From Aestuariispira ectoiniformans (GTDB lineage Bacteria > Pseudomonadota > Alphaproteobacteria > UBA8366 > Aestuariispiraceae), in contig NZ_CP062788.1 in assembly GCF_025136295.1 (NCBI RefSeq), forward strand, positions 2,535,588-2,559,587: a DNA stretch of 24,000 nucleotides. The letters are read 5' to 3'. Numbering within the stretch: the stretch's first letter is position 1; every line of letters begins with the position of its first letter. The notes below the pieces were generated by a model. It ran no database searches. It was not told the origin of the DNA and saw only the letters and a list, made by a program, of their open reading frames with translations. Of the stretch, positions 16,836 through 24,000 are shown piece by piece. The position numbers and the translations under genes were made by a program.

Positions 16836-17210
16836 ATGGCTTTGATTCGTCAAAACTGTCCGGACCTGGAAAGTCCCGTCGGTCCTTATGTTCATGCCGT
16901 CCGGTATGGTGATGTCCTATACACATCGGGGCTGACCGCCTTTGGCACGAAGGCGCAGAAGGGCACAATCGGTGAGCAGGCGGAAGTTATCTTCGAACAA
17001 TTAGGCCAGATTGCTAAACAGCATGGCACGTCGCTGTCCCAATTGATCAAGGTGACGATTTTTGTAACAAGCCTCGATGAAATCGGGGGGCTGCGGGACG
17101 CCTTAACAGCGACCTATGGGGACAATAAACCGGCCAGCTCGCTGGTGGAGGTTGTAGGGCTTTTCAGTCCGGACCTCAAAGTTGAGATCGAAGCCGTAAT
17201 GGCTGTTTGA
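16836..17210 (+). CDS. RidA/YjgF-family reactive-intermediate deaminase
   Basis: The 124-aa protein shows PVGPYVHAVRYGDVLYTSG, KVTIFVTSLD, PASSLVEV and KVEIEAV, the classic RidA pattern. A GGGGGGAAG SD is present. Confidence 0.85.
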   Translation: MALIRQNCPDLESPVGPYVHAVRYGDVLYTSGLTAFGTKAQKGTIGEQAEVIFEQLGQIAKQHGTSLSQLIKVTIFVTSLDEIGGLRDALTATYGDNKPASSLVEVVGLFSPDLKVEIEAVMAV

Positions 17211-17225
17211 TGTTTGTCGAAAAGC

Positions 17226-17258
17226 GAACGCCCGCCTGTTTTTATCAGGCGGGCGTTC
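17226..17258. terminator. Bidirectional intrinsic terminator between ridA-like gene and rsmB
   Basis: A perfect 13-bp stem GAACGCCCGCCTG / CAGGCGGGCGTTC encloses a 7-nt loop. T-rich tracts follow on both strands. Confidence 0.75.
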
Positions 17259-17273
17259 GTGTTTTCACATTGA

Positions 17274-18593
17274 TCAGAGCTTTCGCTCAAGGACGGCGAC
17301 AAAGAAGCCGTCTGTGCCATGATCCAACGGGTTGAGGCGCAGCGTATCCCCGTCCGTCGGGCAGGGCGAGGGGAAGATTTCCTGCCAGATTTGTTTGATG
17401 GGATGCAGGAAGAAACTCGGGTTTTCCGCCAGGAAACGGTCAATCTGGGCGTCGTTCTCCTCGTTCAGGATCGAACAGGTCGCATAGATTAGCCGTCCAC
17501 CGGCGCCAACCAGGCGGGAGGCGGAATCCAGGATAGATGCCTGAAGGGCCGTCAGCTCCTCAATATCCTGTCCTTTTAGTCGCCATTTCTGGTCCGGATT
17601 TCGCCGCCATGTGCCTGTTCCGGAGCAGGGCGCATCCACCAGGACTCGGTCAAAGCCACCACCGAAACGAGCGGCCCGACGCTTGATCCATTTGTCCCGC
17701 TCGGAGGTGAGCGGTCGACGTTCTACCATGAAGGCCCCGGCACGCTTGAGGCGCTGTGCTGCCCGTTTGAGGCGGGCCTCCGATACGTCACAGGCGACAA
17801 TGCGCCCTGTGTTTTTCATGGTCGCGGCCATGGCGAGCGACTTACCGCCCGCGCCTGCGCAAAAATCAACGACCTTATGGCCAGCGCGTGCATCCGCCAG
17901 AAGGGCCGCAAGCTGGGAGCCTTCGTCCTGGACTTCGATTAGCCCGTCGCGGAATGCCTTGGTGCCGGACAGCGGCATACGTTTCGGCAGGCGCAGGCCG
18001 ACAGGGGAAAAGCGTGATGATGTGGTCTCTATGCCTTCCTCGGCCAGCGCCTTCATGGCGTCGCTTCGGGTGCCTTTCAGGGTGTTGACGCGAAGGTCAA
18101 CCGGTGCCTCCTCGGTCATCGCAGCCAGATATTTATCGACCTTTGCACCATAGAGTTCGACGAAACGGCTTTCCATCCAGTCGGGGAAGTTGCCCTTCGC
18201 CGATACCGGCTGACAGCCACTGTCGATTTGCTGCCCTTGCATCTCTACGGCGACCCGCTCTTCGCGTGCGCTGAGTGGAGTAGGGGCATATTGGCTACCG
18301 TCGAAGGAGAGGGTCAGGTCTTCTAACGTAACGCCATTGATCGCCTGTAACCAGACGAGAAGGCGGGCGCGATTGTCCAGGTCACCATTGCAGCGCTGCA
18401 GCCACCAATCCAGTTGGGCGCGGCGGCGCAATACGCCATAGACCATTTCGGCGATGGCGTTGCGGTCCTTTGATCCGGCAAAGCGGTTTTTGCGGTTCCA
18501 GTCCGCCAGGACTTTGTCTGCCGGTATTGCGTCAGGAAGGTCGATCAGATCGAGGATTTCGATGGCGGCCGCGATGCGGGCTCCGGGCTTCAT
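17274..18593 (-). CDS. rsmB: 16S rRNA m5C967 methyltransferase RsmB (NOL1/NOP2/Sun family)
   Basis: The 439-aa protein has an N-terminal NusB-like region. The SAM motif is VVDFCAGAGGKS, and the catalytic segments are VLVDAPCSGTGTWRRNPD and LIYATCS. Confidence 0.85.
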   Translation of the reverse strand: MKPGARIAAAIEILDLIDLPDAIPADKVLADWNRKNRFAGSKDRNAIAEMVYGVLRRRAQLDWWLQRCNGDLDNRARLLVWLQAINGVTLEDLTLSFDGSQYAPTPLSAREERVAVEMQGQQIDSGCQPVSAKGNFPDWMESRFVELYGAKVDKYLAAMTEEAPVDLRVNTLKGTRSDAMKALAEEGIETTSSRFSPVGLRLPKRMPLSGTKAFRDGLIEVQDEGSQLAALLADARAGHKVVDFCAGAGGKSLAMAATMKNTGRIVACDVSEARLKRAAQRLKRAGAFMVERRPLTSERDKWIKRRAARFGGGFDRVLVDAPCSGTGTWRRNPDQKWRLKGQDIEELTALQASILDSASRLVGAGGRLIYATCSILNEENDAQIDRFLAENPSFFLHPIKQIWQEIFPSPCPTDGDTLRLNPLDHGTDGFFVAVLERKL

Positions 18594-19159
18594 GGCTTGC
18601 TCCGCCGCGTATCCCAGTCGGATTTTACGATTTCATAGCCCAGAACTTCCTGGCCGTAGGCTTTCCGGGGGCCGGTGTTGTTCAAGCCAAGCTTGGCGAG
18701 GACATTGCGGGAACGCATGTTGTCGAAATCGGTAACGGCGACAACCTTCTCCAGGCCCAGTGTTTCGAAGGCTTCATGCAGCGCGGCTTTACCGGCCTCG
18801 GTTGCATATCCATTGCCCCAGGACATCTGGCGCAGACGGTAACCGACTTCGATGTCGCCGCCATTGACCTGTTGAACCTTCGTGCCGTTCGGTGCATCGG
18901 TGGGCAGATGTTTCAGCATGACCCAACCGTCCGGGGTGTCGCTCGCCTGAGGCTGGATTACCCAGAAGCCGATGAAGAGGTTGTCAACGTTGGAGAGGAT
19001 ATCGTCGAATCGTTCGGTAACTTGTTCTTTGGTCATGACGTCGCGGATATAGCGCATGACGTCCGGGTCGGTGTCCATTTCAATGAAAAGAGGCAAATCC
19101 GTCAGCGCGAGCGGTCGTAAGGTAAGACGGTCGGTACGGATTGTTGCGGTGGCTTTCAT
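18590..19159 (-). CDS. GNAT N-acetyltransferase (RimJ/RimL-like)
   Basis: The ORF track starts at 19327. I prefer ATG 19159 (MKATATIRTDRLTLRPL...), which has GGAGG in GAGGAGGAAGGAGG upstream. The motif WGNGYATEAGKAALHEAF is present. The stop overlaps the rsmB start (ATGA). Confidence 0.8.
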   Translation of the reverse strand: MKATATIRTDRLTLRPLALTDLPLFIEMDTDPDVMRYIRDVMTKEQVTERFDDILSNVDNLFIGFWVIQPQASDTPDGWVMLKHLPTDAPNGTKVQQVNGGDIEVGYRLRQMSWGNGYATEAGKAALHEAFETLGLEKVVAVTDFDNMRSRNVLAKLGLNNTGPRKAYGQEVLGYEIVKSDWDTRRSKP

Positions 19160-19432
19160 CGGGCCTCCTTCCTCCTCAAAGTATGATGGAACCCAGATAA
19201 CGGACAAAATCGGTCTGCCTCCATGCAAGTCATGGATCTGCTTTCGCCCCGTTGTCAGGGATAGCCGAACTTGTCGCCGTGATCTGGTTCCGAACCCAGG
19301 AATACGGACGGGGGTAGTGACGGTCATTTCTGACGCACCAGCCCCAACTATGTCACGGTGATGTCATGGAATAGCCGATTTCGCAAGTGTGCTGATTTGA
19401 ATTTTAAGCATGGCTGTTATGCTCAAATGGTA

Positions 19433-20011
19433 TTAGGTGGATTTCGCCTTTGATTTCCACTCGTCTGCACGGATTTCAAATCCCTGCACATCATACCCAT
19501 AGGCATGGCGGTCGCCGGTGTGGCGCATGCCGATTTTTGTCAGCACCTTTTGCGAGCTGTGGTTTCTGTCATCGGTAACGGCGACAATTTTTTTCAAAAA
19601 GATATCGTTGAAAGCATACGCTAGAAGGCGTGCAGCCGCTTCTGTCGCATAGCCTTTGCCCCAGGCACTTGGGAGATAAAGATAACCGATTTCAACTTCG
19701 TCGGAATAATTTACATCGCCCGCCTTTAAGTCGGGCACAACATCCGGGCGATTAAGGGGAAGGAAGCCTAGGCTTACCTCGCCGACAGGCATATTGTCTT
19801 CGCGTGTTTCGACAACCCAATGCCCCAGATCGTCACTATGCGGGTAGTCCATCAGGATGGGCATGACTTTCCTGGTGTCTTCTGCAGACATTACAGGTTG
19901 GACATATTGCATGACCGCCGGGTTGCAGCCCAGTTCGATCATGAGATCGACATCTCCAGACAAGACAGGGCGTAAGCGCAGCCGTTCAGTGAGTAAAGTC
20001 GGTATGGTCAC
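19433..20011 (-). CDS. GNAT N-acetyltransferase (RimJ/RimL-like), paralogue of the neighbouring GNAT
   Basis: The 192-aa protein uses a GTG start, and its N-terminus LLTERLRLRPV aligns with RTDRLTLRPL of the neighbour. The motifs WGKGYATEAAARLLAYAF and IVAVTDDRNHSSQKVLTKIGM are present. Confidence 0.8.
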   Translation of the reverse strand: MTIPTLLTERLRLRPVLSGDVDLMIELGCNPAVMQYVQPVMSAEDTRKVMPILMDYPHSDDLGHWVVETREDNMPVGEVSLGFLPLNRPDVVPDLKAGDVNYSDEVEIGYLYLPSAWGKGYATEAAARLLAYAFNDIFLKKIVAVTDDRNHSSQKVLTKIGMRHTGDRHAYGYDVQGFEIRADEWKSKAKST

Positions 20012-20065
20012 GGACGGTCCCCCCCTTTTTTATCCGTCAGGGAGGCACCGTCCGTCATAAATACC

Positions 20066-21529
20066 TTAGCGGTCAATCTGATAGTTCGGTGCTTCCTTCG
20101 TGACGGTAATGTCATGAACATGACTTTCCCGCAGCCCGGCAGAGGTGATCTTGCGGAAGGTGCAGTTCTTCTGCATTTCCGCAACGGTCCCGTTACCGGT
20201 ATAGCCCATGGACGCCTTCAACCCGCCAAGCAACTGATGGATGACACCTGCGACGGGCCCTTTGAACGGAACGCGGCCTTCAACACCTTCCGGCACGAAT
20301 TTGTTGGATTCGTTGACTTGTTCCTGGAAGTAACGGTCGGCGGAGCCGCGCGCCATGGCGCCCGCAGAACCCATCCCGCGGTAGGATTTGTAGGACCGGC
20401 CCTGATACAGGAAGACCTCGCCAGGAGATTCTTCGGTTCCGGCCAGCAGGGAGCCGATCATGACGCAATCTGCACCGGCAGCAATAGCTTTTGCAAAGTC
20501 GCCGGAGAACTTGATGCCGCCGTCGGCAATTGCCGGAACGCCATTCTGTTCACAGATTTCCGCGCATTCCATAATCGCCGTCAACTGCGGAACGCCGACA
20601 CCGGCAACGATACGGGTTGTGCAGATGGAGCCAGGGCCAATGCCGATTTTGACTGCATCTGCGCCTGCATCGATCAGGGCCTTCGCACCTTCAGGGGTCG
20701 CAACGTTGCCTGCGATAACCTGGGCGGCGTTGCTCAGTTTCTTCACTGCGGTGATCTGCTCCAGGACGCCTGCGCTGTGACCGTGTGCGGTGTCGACGAC
20801 AATCACATCAACACCGGCGTCGATCAGGGCTTCGGCGCGGATCAGGCCCTGTTCACCGGTACCTGTGGCGGCGGCAACGCGCAGACGCCCGATTTCGTCT
20901 TTGGCTGCGTTCGGGTGCTCCTGCGACTTTTCAATGTCTTTCACGGTGATCAGGCCGACGCAGTGTTTCTCATCGTCGACCACAAGCAGTTTTTCAATGC
21001 GATGCTTGTGCAAAAGCTGCTTGGCTTCTTCCGCGCCAACGCCTTCCTGAACCGTGATGAGACCGCGGCGGGTCATCAGGTCGCGGACCGGGGTTGCCGG
21101 ATCATTGGCGAAACGGACGTCACGGTTGGTCAGGATGCCCACCAGATGGCCCTTGCGCTTGGAAACAACCGGAATGCCGCTGATATTGTGGTAACGCATC
21201 AACCCGAGAGCATCGGAAAGGGTCTTTTCCGGCGTGATTGTGATCGGGTTCACCACCATGCCCGATTCAAAACGCTTAACCTTGCGGACCTCGTCGGCCT
21301 GCTCTTCGGCCGTCATGTTCTTATGGATGACCCCGATGCCGCCCAACTGCGCCATGGCGATAGCCAGATTTGCCTCGGTCACCGTGTCCATGGCAGCCGA
21401 AATCAAAGGAATGCCCAAGGTAACGTCCCGGGTGAGGCGGGTCTTTGTATTCGTCTCATGCGGCAGCACGGAGGACCGGGCGGGTTGCAGGAGAACGTCA
21501 TCAAACGTGAGGGCTTCACGGATGCTCAT
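20066..21529 (-). CDS. guaB: IMP dehydrogenase
   Basis: The sequence is unambiguous GuaB ([10 protein letters not shown], a CBS pair, the catalytic loop [11 protein letters not shown], and [12 protein letters not shown]). Confidence 0.95.
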   Translation of the reverse strand: MSIREALTFDDVLLQPARSSVLPHETNTKTRLTRDVTLGIPLISAAMDTVTEANLAIAMAQLGGIGVIHKNMTAEEQADEVRKVKRFESGMVVNPITITPEKTLSDALGLMRYHNISGIPVVSKRKGHLVGILTNRDVRFANDPATPVRDLMTRRGLITVQEGVGAEEAKQLLHKHRIEKLLVVDDEKHCVGLITVKDIEKSQEHPNAAKDEIGRLRVAAATGTGEQGLIRAEALIDAGVDVIVVDTAHGHSAGVLEQITAVKKLSNAAQVIAGNVATPEGAKALIDAGADAVKIGIGPGSICTTRIVAGVGVPQLTAIMECAEICEQNGVPAIADGGIKFSGDFAKAIAAGADCVMIGSLLAGTEESPGEVFLYQGRSYKSYRGMGSAGAMARGSADRYFQEQVNESNKFVPEGVEGRVPFKGPVAGVIHQLLGGLKASMGYTGNGTVAEMQKNCTFRKITSAGLRESHVHDITVTKEAPNYQIDR

Positions 21530-21751
21530 CGGGCGATTTCCTTTTCGGGCTGGTGTTTCGTTTCAGGGACTATATGCATTTTTTATCAAAAAACAAGGTT
21601 CATATGAAATGGCTGTGCATTTTTAGGCTTTATTTTTCAGTTTGATGAATAATCTGTTGCATAAAATGCAAAAAAATAGATTTCAGAAGTTTTGTGCTTG
21701 CATGGAGTGCGAAAAACTTGGTTCGTGGCATCCTGATGGGCCACGAATCGC

Positions 21752-21783
21752 AAAAAAGGCCGATGGTGTGAACCATCGGCCTT
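21752..21783 (-). terminator. Intrinsic terminator of the MFS transporter gene
   Basis: The minus-strand RNA forms GGCCGAUGG-loop-CCAUCGGCC followed by U6. A second 8-bp hairpin (21722-21747) lies just beyond it. Confidence 0.7.
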
Positions 21784-21806
21784 GTAAATGGGACGTTCGG
21801 TGTGGG

Positions 21807-23048
21807 TCAGGTCGTCGTTTCTTCGTCTTCCGGCGCCTGGAGGCTGAAATCCGCGCTGACCGGTGCCGGTGGGACCGCCTCGAAGGTTTCCTGGGCTTCT
21901 TCGGGCGGTTCGGAGCGTGCAAATATGCGCAGAACAGCGAATAGCCCGTAACCTGCCATAATGATAAGAGTATAGATCGGCAGGCCCTCGGGCCCCATGA
22001 AACTCATCGCCTGGGTGGCGACCAGTGCGCCTAGCGTCGCCCCGACGGCCCACACGACGAGAATTGTGCTGGACAAGGTGACGTAGTCGTCGCCTTCGGC
22101 CCAGTCGTTCGCATGGGCGGTGGATATGGAATAGATCGCCTCTGCCATGCCCCCGAAGGCGCCAAAAGCAATAATAAGGATAATAAATGTCTCGGCGGTG
22201 AGGCTGGTAATGAACAGGGAGACCAGGGCTGCACCACCGGCGGCGGCGATCAGGACCAGACGGCGGTCGATACGGTCGGAGAGAAAACCCAACGGCCATT
22301 GGATGACCAGGTTGCCCGCCTGTGTGCTGGCCATAAGGATACCGATCGCAGCCGGTGTCAGCCCCAGAAGCGTGCCGTAGATTGCGCCTACGCCCTGCAA
22401 AGTCATTCCAGTGGCGCCGGAAACAAATGCGCCTACAAGCCCGACGGGCGAAAGCCTGTAGACGCCCTTCAGATCGATCTTGATTTTCGCAGGCAGTGGC
22501 GGTCCCGGAATTTTTGTCGTGGAAATCGGAATGATACTCAGCATGAACAGGCCGCTACCGATCATGAAGGGTGCGAGGCTTTCAATATCCATTTTTGCCA
22601 GGAGCAGCGCGCCGGAACCGTAGAATACGGTGTAAAGGACATAGAAGAAGGCCATCACCTGGCCGCGATACCGGCTTTCGGTTCTCTCATTCAGCCAGCT
22701 TTGCATGACCATAAAAATGCTGTTGGAGCTGAAGCCGTGGATCAGCCGCAGCGCCAGCCACCATTCCAGACTTGCCTGCCAGGATAACGCCAGGACCATA
22801 AGGCCGGACAGGGCGCCAAAGGCAGCATATGAACGGATATGGCCGACGCGGCGTATCAGGCGTCCGCTGAAAAAACAGGCCAGCAGCATGCCCACAGCAT
22901 AGGAGGTCACGACACTGCCGACCTGATCGGTGCTAAGCCCTGCTTTGCTCAGATGGACTGGCATGAAGGAGCCCAGCATGCCATTGCCGCAGGCAACCAA
23001 TGCAGCGCTTAAAACAATCGTAAAGACGGCCCGATAAGCTGATAGCAT
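21807..23048 (-). CDS. MFS transporter
   Basis: The 413-aa protein has about 12 hydrophobic segments and the MFS loop motif GRLIRRVG after TM2. It ends in an acidic C-terminal tail. AGGGGG SD is present. Confidence 0.8.
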   Translation of the reverse strand: MLSAYRAVFTIVLSAALVACGNGMLGSFMPVHLSKAGLSTDQVGSVVTSYAVGMLLACFFSGRLIRRVGHIRSYAAFGALSGLMVLALSWQASLEWWLALRLIHGFSSNSIFMVMQSWLNERTESRYRGQVMAFFYVLYTVFYGSGALLLAKMDIESLAPFMIGSGLFMLSIIPISTTKIPGPPLPAKIKIDLKGVYRLSPVGLVGAFVSGATGMTLQGVGAIYGTLLGLTPAAIGILMASTQAGNLVIQWPLGFLSDRIDRRLVLIAAAGGAALVSLFITSLTAETFIILIIAFGAFGGMAEAIYSISTAHANDWAEGDDYVTLSSTILVVWAVGATLGALVATQAMSFMGPEGLPIYTLIIMAGYGLFAVLRIFARSEPPEEAQETFEAVPPAPVSADFSLQAPEDEETTT

Positions 23049-23097
23049 AAGCGCCCCCTATTTATATTGCCTGGACCTTCGGGATATGCGGCTGGAA

Positions 23098-23391
23098 TCA
23101 GCCGTCGTGACCGTCCACAATAATGAGGCTGCCTTTGGCGTTCTGTTGTCTGAGCGTCTTTAAAGCCTGATATTCGTCGGAATCGTACCAGGCCTGGGCT
23201 GCTTCCCTGTCCGGGAAACGGATGACGACAATGCGGCTGGGAGCCCATCCTCCTTCCAATTCGCCCGGATTACCGCCGCGTACGATGAATTCACCGCCGA
23301 ATTTTGCAATTGAGCCGGGTGTCTGGGCGGCATACTCACGATACCCTTCTTCATTCTCCACATTCACGTCACCGATTACATAAGCGGCCAT
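23098..23391 (-). CDS. DUF1330-domain protein
   Basis: The 97-aa sequence YVIGDVNVENEEGYREYAAQTPGSIAKFGGEFIVRGG...IVVIRFPDREAAQAWYDSDEYQAL is the typical DUF1330 pattern. It lies 49 bp upstream of the MFS gene and may be co-transcribed with it. Confidence 0.75.
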   Translation of the reverse strand: MAAYVIGDVNVENEEGYREYAAQTPGSIAKFGGEFIVRGGNPGELEGGWAPSRIVVIRFPDREAAQAWYDSDEYQALKTLRQQNAKGSLIIVDGHDG

Positions 23392-23477
23392 ATTATTCTC
23401 CCTTACCCTTGTTTTCGTTTCATGTTATGCGAGCCTAAGGGGCAATTTGATATAAAGACAAGAACGGATGAATAGGG

Positions 23478-24000
23478 ATGCCGCAATATCAGCCGATTGA
23501 GCTCTACACTTGGAGTACCCCTAACGGGCGCAAGATTTCCATCATGCTTGAGGAATGTGGGATTCCCTACAATGTTCACCCGGTCAATATCGGAGAAGGT
23601 GAGCAACATGATCCGGAGTTCTTAAAAATCAGTCCCAACAACAAAATCCCGGCAATCGTGGACCCGGATGGTCCAGGTGGTGCCCCGATGGAGCTTTTTG
23701 AAAGCGGGGCGATTCTTTACTACCTGGCGGAAAAGACCGGTAAATTCATGCCGATCACGCCGAAAGGCCGTTTCATCGTTATGGAATGGCTGATGTGGCA
23801 AATGGGCGGGGTCGGCCCGTTTCTGGGGCAGGCACATCATTTTCGGCGCTTTGCACCGGAAAAAATACCCTATGCAATAGAGCGCTATACAAAGGAAGCC
23901 AAACGGCTCTATAGCGTTCTGGACAAGCGCCTCGCCGAAAGCCGGTATCTGGCGGGTATGAATTACAGCATTGCCGATATCGCAACCTATCCCTGGACCG
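23478..24000 (+). CDS. Nu-class glutathione S-transferase / disulfide reductase (YfcG-like), 3'-truncated by the window edge
   Basis: This gene is not in the ORF track because no stop falls inside the window. My own translation from ATG 23478 reads [63 protein letters not shown]...[16 protein letters not shown]...[19 protein letters not shown]...[23 protein letters not shown]. It closely parallels E. coli YfcG as I remember it. Confidence 0.85.
   Translation, partial: MPQYQPIELYTWSTPNGRKISIMLEECGIPYNVHPVNIGEGEQHDPEFLKISPNNKIPAIVDPDGPGGAPMELFESGAILYYLAEKTGKFMPITPKGRFIVMEWLMWQMGGVGPFLGQAHHFRRFAPEKIPYAIERYTKEAKRLYSVLDKRLAESRYLAGMNYSIADIATYPWT

Noticed and set aside
19283-19311. A tRNA-like fragment in the GNAT-GNAT spacer. 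The minus-sense sequence GTCCGTATTCCTGGGTTCGGAACCAGATC resembles the anticodon-stem/T-arm part of the tRNA-Gln at 9124-9197. About 22 of 29 aligned columns match, with 2 gaps.
   Set aside because: The T-arm cannot fold (4-bp stem, 8-nt loop) and there is no acceptor or CCA. The 10 kb between it and tRNA-Gln is core housekeeping DNA, so it cannot bound an island. The similarity is weak enough to be chance. A blastn or tRNA-fragment scan could settle it.
18590-19327. The 56-codon N-terminal extension of the proximal GNAT as listed in the ORF track.
   Set aside because: The internal ATG at 19159 has a very strong GGAGG SD. It also gives an N-terminus collinear with the paralogue. The extension has no homology signal.
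20114-21607. A 497-aa plus-strand ORF opposite guaB. A similar 392-aa ORF lies at 13955-15133 opposite guaA.
   Set aside because: Both mirror unmistakable housekeeping genes on the other strand and lack any motif. They are codon-position artefacts of high GC.
21637-22787. A 220-aa minus-strand ORF and a 224-aa plus-strand ORF overlapping the MFS transporter gene.
   Set aside because: They are alternative-frame or antisense shadows. Only the 413-aa frame gives a 12-TM MFS-like protein with an SD and a terminator.
1-24000. A search by eye for CRISPR repeats, IS inverted repeats, integrase/transposase genes, toxin-antitoxin pairs, restriction or defence genes, and rRNA.
   Set aside because: None was found. 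All ORFs of 90 aa or more that are not antisense shadows could be assigned to ordinary metabolic, regulatory or transport families.

Overview
The window looks like alphaproteobacterial chromosome. Core genes are GC-rich (one hand-counted 100-nt sample gives about 66% GC). Most of it is housekeeping or core metabolism. In order: the 3' part of a MalK/UgpC-type ABC ATPase; a SulP/STAS anion transporter; a reductive pyrimidine-catabolism operon (preT, preA, M20 carbamoyl-amidohydrolase) preceded by a near-consensus RutR box; tRNA-Gln(CUG); a Ppx/GppA-family gene plus rlmE; a translationally coupled DUF2975-HTH-dtd triplet; hutD; guaA plus an ABM-domain gene; a LysR regulator divergent from an ABM-DUF2798-RidA operon; rsmB; two tandem RimJ/RimL-type GNAT genes; guaB; an MFS transporter; DUF1330; and the 5' part of a YfcG-like GST. 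The GST is missing from the ORF track because it runs off the window end. The only clearly accessory segment is a lower-GC islet of about 2.3 kb (about 6842-9123) abutting the 3' end of tRNA-Gln. It carries three co-directional genes: luxI, luxR and a PraR/PhrR-like XRE regulator. I saw no CRISPR array, IS element, integrase, toxin-antitoxin pair or recognisable defence gene, and no evidence for a wholly new multi-gene system. The best candidate for something undescribed is this three-component quorum-sensing cassette and its unusual upstream region. Smaller observations are RNA hairpins that occlude ribosome-binding sites, repeated motifs upstream of guaB, and unusual operon couplings. All functional calls rest on motifs read by eye in the translations; no database search was run.
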